From the NCBI GenBank assembly GCA_016213325.1, contig JACRAY010000010.1, positions 68,927 through 132,926 of the forward strand: DNA of 64,000 nt, given 5' to 3'. The notes beneath the pieces are model-generated. The model was given only the letters and a program-made list of their open reading frames with translations. It was not told the DNA's origin and did no database searches. The number at the start of each line of letters is the position of its first letter. The first letter of the stretch is position 1. The DNA comes from Burkholderiales bacterium (GTDB taxonomy: Bacteria > Pseudomonadota > Gammaproteobacteria > Burkholderiales > Burkholderiaceae_C). This document shows, piece after piece, positions 9,575 through 18,705 of this stretch. The position numbers and the translations under genes are program-made.

Positions 9575-10137
9575 AGCCTCGAGTAGATGCACGTGTCGCG
9601 CAACGATCCATCGGGCGCGCGCCTTTCATGACGCAACACGCCTTCCAACGTGAACCCGCACCTCTCCGCCACCCGCCTCGACGCCACGTTCGCTTCGTCC
9701 GTCACGATCTCCAGCCGCTGCGCCCGCAGGTGCTCGAAGCCGTACTCGCAGATCGCCCGCACCGCCTCCGTCACGATCCCGCGCCCGGCCATCGAACTGC
9801 GGCACCAATAGCCGACTTCGGCCTTCGGCACGCCCCAGTCCATGCGATGCAAGCCGGTGGAGCCCAGGTACTCGCCGCTTGCGGTGTCGAACATCAGGAA
9901 CGGCAAGTCCTTGCGCGCCAGGAAGTTGGCCGCCGAGTTGCGGCACCAGCTTTCGGAATTCTCGATGCTCTGCTCGCCGCCCACCCACGGCAGCGAAGCC
10001 AGGAACCGGCGCAACTCGGGCAGCGACTCGAGCACCGCTTCGAACACCACCGCACCGTCGCCCGCGCGCGGCGGCCGCAACGTGAGCCTCGCGGTGCGGA
10101 TCTCCTGCGGCAATTCCAGCAGGAGCGTGTTCACCAT
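9523..10137 (-). CDS. GNAT-family N-acetyltransferase (RimJ/RimL-like)
   Basis: 204 aa from the internal ATG MVNTLLLELPQEIRTARLTLRPP.... The ATG overlaps the stop of the upstream ATPase gene (ATGA). The acetyl-CoA motif region reads ...GRGIVTEAVRAICEYGF.... The 351 aa track ORF is an N-terminal over-extension. Confidence 0.8.
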   Translation of the reverse strand: MVNTLLLELPQEIRTARLTLRPPRAGDGAVVFEAVLESLPELRRFLASLPWVGGEQSIENSESWCRNSAANFLARKDLPFLMFDTASGEYLGSTGLHRMDWGVPKAEVGYWCRSSMAGRGIVTEAVRAICEYGFEHLRAQRLEIVTDEANVASRRVAERCGFTLEGVLRHERRAPDGSLRDTCIYSRLVGSGAAHPTGESWPSS

Positions 10138-11183
10138 CAGATGCGCCCTTCCTCCACGGCGTGGCAGGCCACCTGGATGCCCTGGATAGCAAGCAGCGCG
10201 GGCCGCTCCTGCTTGCAGCGCTCGTTGGCGTGCGGGCAGCGCGGATGGAAGGCGCAGCCGGTGGGCGGGTTCAGCGGGTTGGGCACCTCGCCCTGCACCG
10301 GCGTGCGCGCGCGCCCGGTGTCGTGCATCTTCGGGATGGCATCCAGCAGCATGCGCGTGTACGGGTGGCGCGGCTGGCCGAACAGCTGGTGCTTGCCCGC
10401 AATCTCCACCAGCCGGCCCAGGTACATCACGCCCACCTGGTCGCTCACGTGCCGCACCACCGCGAGGTTGTGCGAGATGAACAGGTAGGTCAGGCCCATC
10501 TGCCGCTGCAGGTCCTTCATGATGTTGAGCACCTGCGCCTGCACGCTCACGTCGAGCGCGGAGGTCGGCTCGTCGCACACCAGGAAGTCCGGGTGGGTGG
10601 CCAGTGCCCGCGCGATCGAGATGCGCTGGCGCTGCCCGCCCGAGAACTGGTGCGGGAACTTCACCATGTCCAGCGGCGACAGGCCCACCGACTTCAGCAG
10701 CTCGCCCACACGGTCCTTCAGCTCGTCGCGGCCGGTCACGATGCCGTGCTCGCGCAGCGGCTCGCCCACGATGTCCTCCACCATCCAGCGCGGGTTGAGG
10801 CTGGCGTACGGGTCCTGGAAGATCATCTGGACGCGCCGGCGCAGGTGGCGGCCCTCGGCGGTCTTGAAGATCTTGTGCGCTTCCTTGCCGTCGAAGATCA
10901 GGTCGCCGCGCGTCGGCTCGTACAGCCCCACCAGCAGGCGCGCCACGGTGCTCTTGCCGCAGCCCGACTCGCCCACCAGCGCCAGCGTCTGGCCCTTCTG
11001 GATGTCGAAGCTCACGCCGTCCACCGCGTGCAGCAGCTGGCGGGGCTTGCGTTCGATCAGGCGGTTGAGCAGCGGCGCGGAGACGTCGAAAGTCTTGGCG
11101 AGGTCGCGGGCCCGGACCAGGGGGGCCTGGATGGGGGCGCTCACGGCGCCCAGCGCGCCGTCTGCCGTCAGGACCGCGCTCAT
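10137..11183 (-). CDS. oligopeptide/dipeptide ABC transporter ATP-binding protein (DppF/OppF type)
   Basis: 348 aa. Walker A GESGCGKST, signature FSGGQRQRISIARAL, and a C-terminal oligopeptide-ATPase Cys-rich tail (...GCAFHPRCPHANERC...). Confidence 0.9.
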   Translation of the reverse strand: MSAVLTADGALGAVSAPIQAPLVRARDLAKTFDVSAPLLNRLIERKPRQLLHAVDGVSFDIQKGQTLALVGESGCGKSTVARLLVGLYEPTRGDLIFDGKEAHKIFKTAEGRHLRRRVQMIFQDPYASLNPRWMVEDIVGEPLREHGIVTGRDELKDRVGELLKSVGLSPLDMVKFPHQFSGGQRQRISIARALATHPDFLVCDEPTSALDVSVQAQVLNIMKDLQRQMGLTYLFISHNLAVVRHVSDQVGVMYLGRLVEIAGKHQLFGQPRHPYTRMLLDAIPKMHDTGRARTPVQGEVPNPLNPPTGCAFHPRCPHANERCKQERPALLAIQGIQVACHAVEEGRI

Positions 11184-12157
11184 GCCGTCACCCCCGCATG
11201 CGCGTCATGCAGCCAGCACGCCGCGCGCGTGGCGCCGGCTTCCAGCAGGTCCGGGCGCTGCTGCGTGCAGCGTTCGAAGGCGCGCGGGCAGCGCGGGTTG
11301 TAGGCGCAGCCGGCAGGAATGGCGTTCAGCCGCGGCATCGCACCGTCGATCTGGTTCAGGCGTTCGCGTTCCACCGTGATGTCGGGGATGGCCGCCATCA
11401 GGCCCGCGCTGTACGGGTGGGCCGGCTGGTTGATCACTTCGTGCACCGGCCCGATCTCGGCGATGCGGCCCGCGTACATCACGGCCACGCGGTCGCAGGT
11501 CTCGGCGATCACGCCCATGTCGTGCGTGATCAGCATCACCGCCGCGCCGTGCTCGCGGCACACGCGCTTGAGCAGCTGGATGATCTGCGCCTGGATCGAC
11601 ACGTCGAGCGCCGTGGTGGGTTCATCGGCCACGATCAGCTTCGGCTCGGCGGCCAGTGCCAGCGCGATCACCACGCGTTGCCGCATGCCGCCTGAGAACT
11701 GGTGCGGGTAGTGGTCGATGCGCTCGGCGGCCGCCGGGATGCCGGTGTCTTCGAGCAGCGCGATGGCGCGCCGCCGCGCTTCGTCGGGCGTCACCGGCAG
11801 GTGCGTCAGGATGGTTTCGGTGAGTTGCCGCCCGATGGTGTACAGCGGGTTCAGCGAGGTCAGCGGGTCCTGGAAGATGGCACCGATGCGCCGCCCGCGG
11901 ATGCGCCGCATCTGCTCGTAGGGCAGGTTGTCGATGCGCTGGCCTTCCAGCAGCACCTGGCCGGAGGCGATGCGCCCCGGCGGCTCGAGCAGCCCGATGA
12001 TGGCCGCGCCGGTCAGCGACTTGCCGGCGCCCGACTCGCCCACCACGCCGAGGATCTCGCCGGGTGCGATGTCGAAGGAGATGTCGTCGAGCGCGCGCAG
12101 CGTGCCGCGGCGCGTGGGGAACTCGACCATGAGGTTCTGGACTTGGAGAAGGCTCAC
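11180..12157 (-). CDS. oligopeptide/dipeptide ABC transporter ATP-binding protein (DppD/OppD type)
   Basis: 325 aa. GESGAGKS, FSGGMRQRVVIALAL, ...GCAYNPRCPRAFERC.... The GTG start overlaps the permease stop. Confidence 0.9.
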   Translation of the reverse strand: MSLLQVQNLMVEFPTRRGTLRALDDISFDIAPGEILGVVGESGAGKSLTGAAIIGLLEPPGRIASGQVLLEGQRIDNLPYEQMRRIRGRRIGAIFQDPLTSLNPLYTIGRQLTETILTHLPVTPDEARRRAIALLEDTGIPAAAERIDHYPHQFSGGMRQRVVIALALAAEPKLIVADEPTTALDVSIQAQIIQLLKRVCREHGAAVMLITHDMGVIAETCDRVAVMYAGRIAEIGPVHEVINQPAHPYSAGLMAAIPDITVERERLNQIDGAMPRLNAIPAGCAYNPRCPRAFERCTQQRPDLLEAGATRAACWLHDAHAGVTA

Positions 12158-13065
12158 CGCAGTCTCGGGTTCAGGGCATCACGCAGCCAGTCGCCCAGCA
12201 GGTTCACCGACAGTGCGATCAGGATCAGCATGGCGCCGGGAAAGATAGTGATCCACCATTCGCCGGAAAACAGGTAGTCGTTGCCGACACGGATCAGCGT
12301 GCCCAGCGACGGCTGCGTGGGCGGCACGCCCACGCCCAGGAAGGACAGCGTGGCTTCGGTGATGATGGCGGTGGCGACGTGGATGGTCGCGAGCACCAGC
12401 ACCGGGCCCAGCACGTTGGGCAGCACGTGCCGCACCATGATGTGCATCGGCGCCACGCCGGTGACGCGCGCGGCCTGCACGTATTCCTTGTTGCGCTCCA
12501 CCATGGTCGAGCCGCGCACGGTGCGCGCGTACTGCACCCAGCCGGTGAGCGTGATGGCGACGATCAGCACGCCGAAGGCCACCGAGTCCTGCGCATTGGG
12601 GAACATGGCGCGCCCGACGCCCGCGATGAGCAGCGCCACCAGGATCGCCGGGAAGCTCAGCATGATGTCGCACAGTCGCATCAGCAGCGCATCGATCCAG
12701 CCACCCTTGAAGCCGGCCAGCAGGCCGAGCGACACGCCGATCAGCATCGACAACAGCACCGAGATCAGCCCCACCAGCAGCGAGATGCGCGCACCGAACA
12801 TCAGCGCCGACAGGATGTCGCGCCCCTGGTCGTCGGTGCCCAGCACGTACCTGGCCGACCCGCCGGTCTCCCAGAAGGGAGGCAGGCGGGCGTCGGACAG
12901 CACCAGCGTGGTCAGGTCGAACGGGTTGTGCGGCGCCACCCAGTTGGCGAACGCCGCGCAGAATACGCAGATGAAGGCGATGGCGGCTGCCACCATCGCC
13001 ACCGGCGACGTGCGGAAGCTGTAGCCGACGTCGCTGTCGAGCCAGTTGGCAAGCGCGGTCTTCAC
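12154..13065 (-). CDS. peptide ABC transporter permease (DppC/OppC type)
   Basis: I place the start at GTG (VKTALANWLDSD...), which overlaps the stop of the upstream binding-protein gene (GTGA). That gives 303 aa with a BPD permease core. The track ORF runs 78 nt further upstream. Confidence 0.85.
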   Translation of the reverse strand: MKTALANWLDSDVGYSFRTSPVAMVAAAIAFICVFCAAFANWVAPHNPFDLTTLVLSDARLPPFWETGGSARYVLGTDDQGRDILSALMFGARISLLVGLISVLLSMLIGVSLGLLAGFKGGWIDALLMRLCDIMLSFPAILVALLIAGVGRAMFPNAQDSVAFGVLIVAITLTGWVQYARTVRGSTMVERNKEYVQAARVTGVAPMHIMVRHVLPNVLGPVLVLATIHVATAIITEATLSFLGVGVPPTQPSLGTLIRVGNDYLFSGEWWITIFPGAMLILIALSVNLLGDWLRDALNPRLR

Positions 13066-14633
13066 TTGGCCACGCTGATCCACTTGAACGGCATGGAGTT
13101 GTCCGCCAGCTGCACAAGGCTGATCTTCTTGCTCGTCGCCCACGCGAGCGACTGCTGGTGCAGCGGGATATGGCCCACGTCGTCATGGTGGATCCTGAAG
13201 GCCTGGCGGATCAGCTCATTGCGCTTCGCCTTGTCGGTCTCACCCTGCATCGCCACGGTGAGCTTGTCGAGCTCGGGGTTGCAGTACGACCCCAGGTTGA
13301 AACGGCCGTGGCCCTGCTTGTCGTCGACGCACCGCGTCAGCGCGTCCAGCGCGTTGTGTGCGTCATAAGTGGTCGGCGTCCACCCCAGCATGTAGAAACT
13401 GGTGTCGCGGCGCAGCACCTTGGGGAAGTACGAACCCTTCGTCTCGGCGGCGAGGTTGATCTTCACGCCGATGCGCGACAGGTTGGCCGCCACCGCCTGG
13501 CAGATGCGCGCGTCGTTCACGTAGCGGTCGTTGGGGCAGTTCATCGTCACCTCGAAGCCTTGCGGGTAGCCGGCGTCGGCCAGCAGCTTCTTCGCCGCTT
13601 CGGCGTCGTAGGGGTAGCGCTTGTCCATGTCCGCCTGGAAGCCGTTGACGCCGGGGCCGACCAGCAGGGCCGTGGGGCGCGACGCGCCGCGCATCACGGT
13701 GCGCTTGATGCCCTCGATGTCGATCGCCTGGTAGAACGCCTGGCGCACGCGCTTGTCCTTGAACGGGTTCTTGCCCTTCACGTTCGAGTACTGCAGCTCG
13801 CTGCGCGACTGGTCCATGCCCAGGAAGATGGTGCGCAGCTCGGGACCGAGCAGCACCTTGCCGTTGGGCGACGAATTGATGCGCTCGACGTCCTGCAGCG
13901 GCACCGGCTCCATCACATCGACCTGTCCCGACAGGAGTGCCGCCACCCGGGTCGCGTCATTGCCGATGGGCGTGAAGATCACCTCCTGGACATTTCCGTC
14001 GATGGTGCCCCAGTAGTTGCCGTTGCGCACGAACGTGGTCCGCACATCGGGCTGGCGCTCCCGCAGCCGGAAGGGACCCGTGCCGTTGGCGCGGAACGAA
14101 GCTGCGTTCTCGACGCCCTTGCGGCGGTCGACGGGCTTGGTCGCCTGGTTCTCCTCGCACCATGCCTTGCTCATGATGTAGGTGGTGGAGAGCTGGTCCG
14201 GCAGGATCGGGAACGGCGCCTTGGTTTCGATGTCCACTGCGAAGTCGTTCACCTTGCGGACTTCCTTGATGGACGAGACGACGCCGCTGAAATCGCAGCA
14301 GTCGTTGTCCGCACGGCGCAGCGAGAACACGACATCGTCCGCGGTGAAAGGCTTGCCGTCGTGGAACTTCACGCCCTTGCGCAGCTCGAAGCGCCAGACC
14401 GTCGGCGACGTCTGCTTCCACGAAGTGGCCAGCGCCGGCGCCAGCGACAGGTCCTTGGCGCGGCCTACCAGCGGCTCGTACACGTTGCCGGTCACCGACA
14501 GCTGCAGCGACTCGTTCAGCGAGTGCGGGTCCATGGACAGGGCGTCGCCCTGGTTGGCGATGCGCACGGTCTGCGCGTGCGCGCCGAGGGCGGCGCAGGC
14601 GGCAAGGGCGATGAGGTGGTTGCGGAACTTCAT
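13062..14633 (-). CDS. ABC transporter substrate-binding protein, family 5 (DppA/OppA-like), copy 2
   Basis: 523 aa with signal peptide MKFRNHLIALAACAALGAHAQ and family-5 SBP architecture. Confidence 0.9.
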   Translation of the reverse strand: MKFRNHLIALAACAALGAHAQTVRIANQGDALSMDPHSLNESLQLSVTGNVYEPLVGRAKDLSLAPALATSWKQTSPTVWRFELRKGVKFHDGKPFTADDVVFSLRRADNDCCDFSGVVSSIKEVRKVNDFAVDIETKAPFPILPDQLSTTYIMSKAWCEENQATKPVDRRKGVENAASFRANGTGPFRLRERQPDVRTTFVRNGNYWGTIDGNVQEVIFTPIGNDATRVAALLSGQVDVMEPVPLQDVERINSSPNGKVLLGPELRTIFLGMDQSRSELQYSNVKGKNPFKDKRVRQAFYQAIDIEGIKRTVMRGASRPTALLVGPGVNGFQADMDKRYPYDAEAAKKLLADAGYPQGFEVTMNCPNDRYVNDARICQAVAANLSRIGVKINLAAETKGSYFPKVLRRDTSFYMLGWTPTTYDAHNALDALTRCVDDKQGHGRFNLGSYCNPELDKLTVAMQGETDKAKRNELIRQAFRIHHDDVGHIPLHQQSLAWATSKKISLVQLADNSMPFKWISVAK

Positions 14634-14660
14634 TCGGTTTTCTCCGTTGTCTTCGGGGGG

Positions 14661-15890
14661 TCAGGCCGCTGCAGGCAGCGGCAGTGAACGCTCGACCAGG
14701 CTTGCATGCAATGCGGAGCCCAGCGGCAATATGTCGTCGTTGAAATCGTAGCGGGCGTTGTGCAGCATGCAGCTGCCCTCGCCGCCCTGGCCGATGCGCA
14801 GGTAGGCGCCCGGCTTGGCCTGCAGCATGAACGAGAAGTCTTCGGCGCCCATGCTGGGCTCCATGTCGCGCACCACGTGCTCGGGGCCTACCAGCGACTC
14901 GGCGACGTCGGCCGCGAACATCGCTTCGCGCGCCGAGTTGATGGTTGCGGGGTAGATGCGCTCGTAGGTGACGGCAGCCGTGGCGCCGAAGCCCAGTGCC
15001 ACGGCGCTGCACAGCTCGCCCAGGCGGCGCTCGACCATCGCCTGCACTTCGGCGCCGAAGGTGCGAACGGTGCCCACCAGCGTCGCCTTGCCGGGGATCA
15101 CGCTCATCGCGTGCAGGTCGCCGGCCTGCATCGCGCACAGGCTGATGACCGCGCCGTCGACCGGCCGCACATTGCGCGACACGATGCTCTGCACCGCAGT
15201 GATGATGTGCGCGGCCACAAGCACCGGGTCCACCGCCAGGTAGGCGTGCGCGCCGTGGCCGCCCTTGCCCGTGATCTCGATCGTCACCCGGTCGGCCGAT
15301 GCCATCATGGCGCCTTCGGTGGTGCCGAACGAGCCGGGCTTCATGCCGGGCCAGTTGTGCATGGCGTAGACCGATTCCACCGGGAAGCGGTCGAACAGGC
15401 CGTCCTCGATCATCGCCTTGGCGCCGGCAAAGCCTTCTTCGCCCGGCTGGAACACCAGCACGGCGGTGCCGTCGAAGTTGCGCGTCTCGGCCAGGTAGCG
15501 CGCGGCGCCCACCAGCATGGCGACGTGCCCGTCGTGGCCGCAGCCGTGCATCATGCCGCCCTTGGCCGACTTCCAGGGGAAGTCGTTCTGCTCGGTCATC
15601 GTCAGCGCGTCCATGTCGGCCCTGAGGCCGATCATGCGGCCGCTGGCCGCCTGCTTGCCGCGGATCACGCCCACCACACCGGTCTTGCCGATGCCGGTGT
15701 GGATTTCGTCCACGCCGCACAGCTTCAGGGCCTCCTGCACGCGGTGCGCGGTGTACACCTCCTCGAAGCCGAGCTCGGGGTGCGCATGCAGGTCGCGGCG
15801 CAGCGCCGTGAGGTCGTGGTGGAACTGGGCGATGTGCGAGAAAGCGCGGCCATGTGCTTTCAGGCGCGATGCGGGAACGGGCGCAAGCAT
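14661..15890 (-). CDS. M20-family amidohydrolase (hippurate hydrolase / N-acyl-L-amino-acid amidohydrolase-like)
   Basis: 409 aa. ...LRRDLHAHPELGFEE..., ...MHGCGHDGH..., ...FQPGEEG... are M20D metal-ligand motifs. The ATG overlaps the stop of the upstream permease gene. Confidence 0.9.
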   Translation of the reverse strand: MLAPVPASRLKAHGRAFSHIAQFHHDLTALRRDLHAHPELGFEEVYTAHRVQEALKLCGVDEIHTGIGKTGVVGVIRGKQAASGRMIGLRADMDALTMTEQNDFPWKSAKGGMMHGCGHDGHVAMLVGAARYLAETRNFDGTAVLVFQPGEEGFAGAKAMIEDGLFDRFPVESVYAMHNWPGMKPGSFGTTEGAMMASADRVTIEITGKGGHGAHAYLAVDPVLVAAHIITAVQSIVSRNVRPVDGAVISLCAMQAGDLHAMSVIPGKATLVGTVRTFGAEVQAMVERRLGELCSAVALGFGATAAVTYERIYPATINSAREAMFAADVAESLVGPEHVVRDMEPSMGAEDFSFMLQAKPGAYLRIGQGGEGSCMLHNARYDFNDDILPLGSALHASLVERSLPLPAAA

Positions 15891-16870
15891 CAGTGGCCTC
15901 CTGCGCGGCCGATGCGCAGGCGCGGGTCGACGGCCACGTACAGCATGTCAACGATGAGGTTGATCACGACGAAGATCAGCGCGATCAGGCACAGGTAGGC
16001 GGCCATCACCGGGATGTCGGCGAAGGTGACCGCCTGGATGAACAGCAGCCCCATGCCGGGCCACTGGAACACGGTCTCGGTGATGATCGCAAAGGCGATC
16101 AGGCCGCCGAGCTGCAGGCCCGTGATGGTCATCACCGGCACCAGCGTGTTCTTCAGTGCATGGCCGAAGTGGATGGCGCGGTTGGTCAGGCCCCGCGCCC
16201 GCGCGAACTTGATGTAGTCGGTGCGCAGCACCTCCAGCATCTCGGCGCGCACCAGCCGCATGATCAGCGTGAGCTGGAAGATCGCCAGCGTCACGGCGGG
16301 CAGCACGATGTGGTGCCAGCCCTTGGGCGTGAGCAGGCCGCTGGTCCACCAGCCGACCTTGACCGTTTCGCCGCGGCCGAAGCTCGGGAACCAGCCGAGC
16401 ATGACGGCGAAGATGAGGATCAGCAGGATGCCGATCAGGAAGGTGGGCAGTGACACACCCAGCAGCGAGATCGTCATGAATACCTGCGACAGGAAAGTGC
16501 CGCGCTTGAGCGCTGCGTACACGCCCATCGGGATGCCGATCACCAGCGCGAGCATCGCTGCGACGAAAGCGAGTTCCAGCGTGGCCGGCAATCGTTCGGC
16601 GATCAGGCGCGACACCTTGGCGCCCTGGCGCAGCGACAGGCCGAACTCGCCCTGCGCGGCGTTGGCGAGGAAGTGCCAGAACTGGATGAAGAACGGCTGG
16701 TCGAGCCCGAGGTCGCGCCGCAGTTCGGCGACTTGCGCAGGCGTGGCGTCCTGCCCGAGCAGGAAGACGACGGGGTCGCCGACGTACTGGAACAGCAGGA
16801 AGGCGATGAACGCCACCGAGACCATCACGATGACGGCCTGGATCAGGCGGCGGAGGATGAAGGCCAGCAT
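15890..16870 (-). CDS. peptide ABC transporter permease (DppB/OppB type)
   Basis: I chose the ATG giving MLAFILRRLIQAVIVMV...FQYVGDPV, the canonical DppB N-terminus. The track ORF starts 15 nt upstream at a TTG. Confidence 0.85.
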   Translation of the reverse strand: MLAFILRRLIQAVIVMVSVAFIAFLLFQYVGDPVVFLLGQDATPAQVAELRRDLGLDQPFFIQFWHFLANAAQGEFGLSLRQGAKVSRLIAERLPATLELAFVAAMLALVIGIPMGVYAALKRGTFLSQVFMTISLLGVSLPTFLIGILLILIFAVMLGWFPSFGRGETVKVGWWTSGLLTPKGWHHIVLPAVTLAIFQLTLIMRLVRAEMLEVLRTDYIKFARARGLTNRAIHFGHALKNTLVPVMTITGLQLGGLIAFAIITETVFQWPGMGLLFIQAVTFADIPVMAAYLCLIALIFVVINLIVDMLYVAVDPRLRIGRAGGH

Positions 16871-16887
16871 GAGAGGACTATACAAAG

Positions 16888-16948
16888 AACAAGGCCACCG
16901 AGCCGGGGTCTAACCGGCGACCGGCGGCCCCGTCGAGGTGGCCTTGTT
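16888..16948 (-). other. long intercistronic stem-loop between the first binding-protein gene and the permease gene
   Basis: A 12 bp outer stem (AACAAGGCCACC / GGTGGCCTTGTT) encloses a further GC-rich inner helix. It sits 10 nt after the SBP stop. No U-run follows on the sense strand, so it more likely acts as an mRNA stabiliser or partial attenuator than as a full terminator. Confidence 0.5.
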
Positions 16949-16957
16949 TTCGCCAGT

Positions 16958-18541
16958 TTAATTAACTTTGATCAGGCGCCAGTCCAGCCGGTTGTCCGCG
17001 CGGTGGGTGACCTCGACGTTCTTCTTCATCGCCCAGGGGATGATCTGGTTGTGCAGCGGGATGTGCGACACCGTGTCGTTGCTGATCTTCAGGCCTTCCT
17101 CGAGGAAACGGCCGCGCACCGGCAGGTCGGTCTCGACCTTGATGCGGTCGACCACCACGTCCATGCGGTCGTTCTTGTAACGGCCCACGTTGTAGTTGCC
17201 GTCGCCCGTGCCCGGCACCATGCTGCGGGTGAGCGACTGCAGGCTGTACAGCGCGTCGAACGTCGGCACACCCCAGCCCAGCATGTAGATGCTGGCCTCG
17301 TGGCGCTGGATCATCGGGAAGTAGGTCACCAGCGGCAGCGTGCGCAGCTTGGCCTTCACGCCGACCTTGGCCCACATGGCAGTGACGGCCTGGCAGATCT
17401 CTTCGTCGTTGATGTAGCGGTTGTTCGGGCAGGCGAAGTCGACTTCGAAGCCCTGCGGGTAGCCGGCTTCAGCCAGCAGCTTCTTCGCGCCTTCGGGGTC
17501 GAAGGGCATGCGGCGGTGCAGCGACTCGTTCCAGCCGGCCACCTGCGGCGCCACCAGCGTGCCGGTGGGCTGCGACAGGCCGCGCATCGTCACCTTGTGC
17601 AGGCTGTCGCTGTCGATGGCCTGGTACAGGGCGCGGCGCACGCGCACGTCCTTCAGCGGGTTCTTGCCCTTGATGTTGGAGCCGGGCAGTTCGTCGCGGA
17701 ACTGGTCCATGCCGAAGAAGATGGTGCGGTTCTCGACGCCGTCGATCACTTTCAGGTTGGCGCTGGAGCGCAGGCGCGCCAGGTCCTGCGGGCTCGGGTC
17801 GAGGATGAAGTCGACCTCACCCGACAGGAGCGCCGCCACACGGGTGGCTTCGGACTTGATCGGGGTGTAGATGATCTCGGTGACGTTGCTGTCGCTCTTG
17901 CCCCAGTAGTTGGGGTTCTTCACCAGCACCAGCTTCTGGTCGGGCTGCCATTCCTTCACCATGTACTGGCCGGTGCCCATCGCGTTGCGGTGCGCGAAGG
18001 TCTCGTCCTTGGTGCGGATGTCCTTGGGGTCGACCGACTTGTTCTTCTCGGCCCAGGCCTTGCTCATGATGCGCAGCTCGGTCAGCTGGTTCAGCAGCAC
18101 CGGGTTCGGGCCCTTCATGATGAAGTCGACGGTGTTGTCGTTGACCTTCACCACGCGGTCGATGCCCTGCGTGTAGACCTGGTAGTTCGAGCTCTTGGCC
18201 ATGGCCCGCGTGATGGAGAACACCACGTCGTCGGCCGTGAACGGCGTGCCGTCACTGAACTTCACGCCGGTGCGCAGCGTAAAGCGCACCTGGGTGGGCG
18301 ACACGTCACGCCAGGCGGTGGCCAGCTGCGGCTCGGGCTTGAAGGTCTTGCTGTCGTAGTACACCAGCGAGTCGTAGATCGCTGCGTGCACGCCGTTGCC
18401 CAGGGCGTTGTTCTGCGAATGGATGTCCAGCGTCGGGATGTCGGAAGCGCTGGACCACTTGAAGGGCTTTGCGATCGCTGCCGGGGTGGCGAGCAGGGCC
18501 GCAGCCGCCGCTGCGGTTAGCAGTGCAAGCTTGATCTTCAT
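16958..18541 (-). CDS. ABC transporter substrate-binding protein, family 5 (DppA/OppA-like), copy 1
   Basis: 527 aa with signal peptide MKIKLALLTAAAAAALLATPAAIA. It is the first gene of the minus-strand peptide operon. Confidence 0.9.
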   Translation of the reverse strand: MKIKLALLTAAAAAALLATPAAIAKPFKWSSASDIPTLDIHSQNNALGNGVHAAIYDSLVYYDSKTFKPEPQLATAWRDVSPTQVRFTLRTGVKFSDGTPFTADDVVFSITRAMAKSSNYQVYTQGIDRVVKVNDNTVDFIMKGPNPVLLNQLTELRIMSKAWAEKNKSVDPKDIRTKDETFAHRNAMGTGQYMVKEWQPDQKLVLVKNPNYWGKSDSNVTEIIYTPIKSEATRVAALLSGEVDFILDPSPQDLARLRSSANLKVIDGVENRTIFFGMDQFRDELPGSNIKGKNPLKDVRVRRALYQAIDSDSLHKVTMRGLSQPTGTLVAPQVAGWNESLHRRMPFDPEGAKKLLAEAGYPQGFEVDFACPNNRYINDEEICQAVTAMWAKVGVKAKLRTLPLVTYFPMIQRHEASIYMLGWGVPTFDALYSLQSLTRSMVPGTGDGNYNVGRYKNDRMDVVVDRIKVETDLPVRGRFLEEGLKISNDTVSHIPLHNQIIPWAMKKNVEVTHRADNRLDWRLIKVN

Positions 18542-18634
18542 GGTGGGGAAAACCTCGGATGTGAAAGGGAACGCAGACTATGCAGCAGCGCCGGCGCCAG
18601 CGTCAAAAGGGGTTTCCCGCAAGTGGGCCTGTCT

Positions 18635-18705
18635 TCCCCGCGCAGGCGGGGGACCCAGAGCGTTCAGAACGCCTGGAAGCCTTGGATCCCCGCCTTCGCG
18701 GGGAT
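18635..18705. repeat. two adjacent REP hairpins of the 'PAKAGIQ' type (CCCCGC-GCAG-GCGGGG and ATCCCCGC-CTTC-GCGGGGAT)
   Basis: The hairpins are at 18636-18651 and 18686-18705. The second, with about 10 nt flanks, recurs in the opposite orientation at 61736-61770. Confidence 0.6.
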
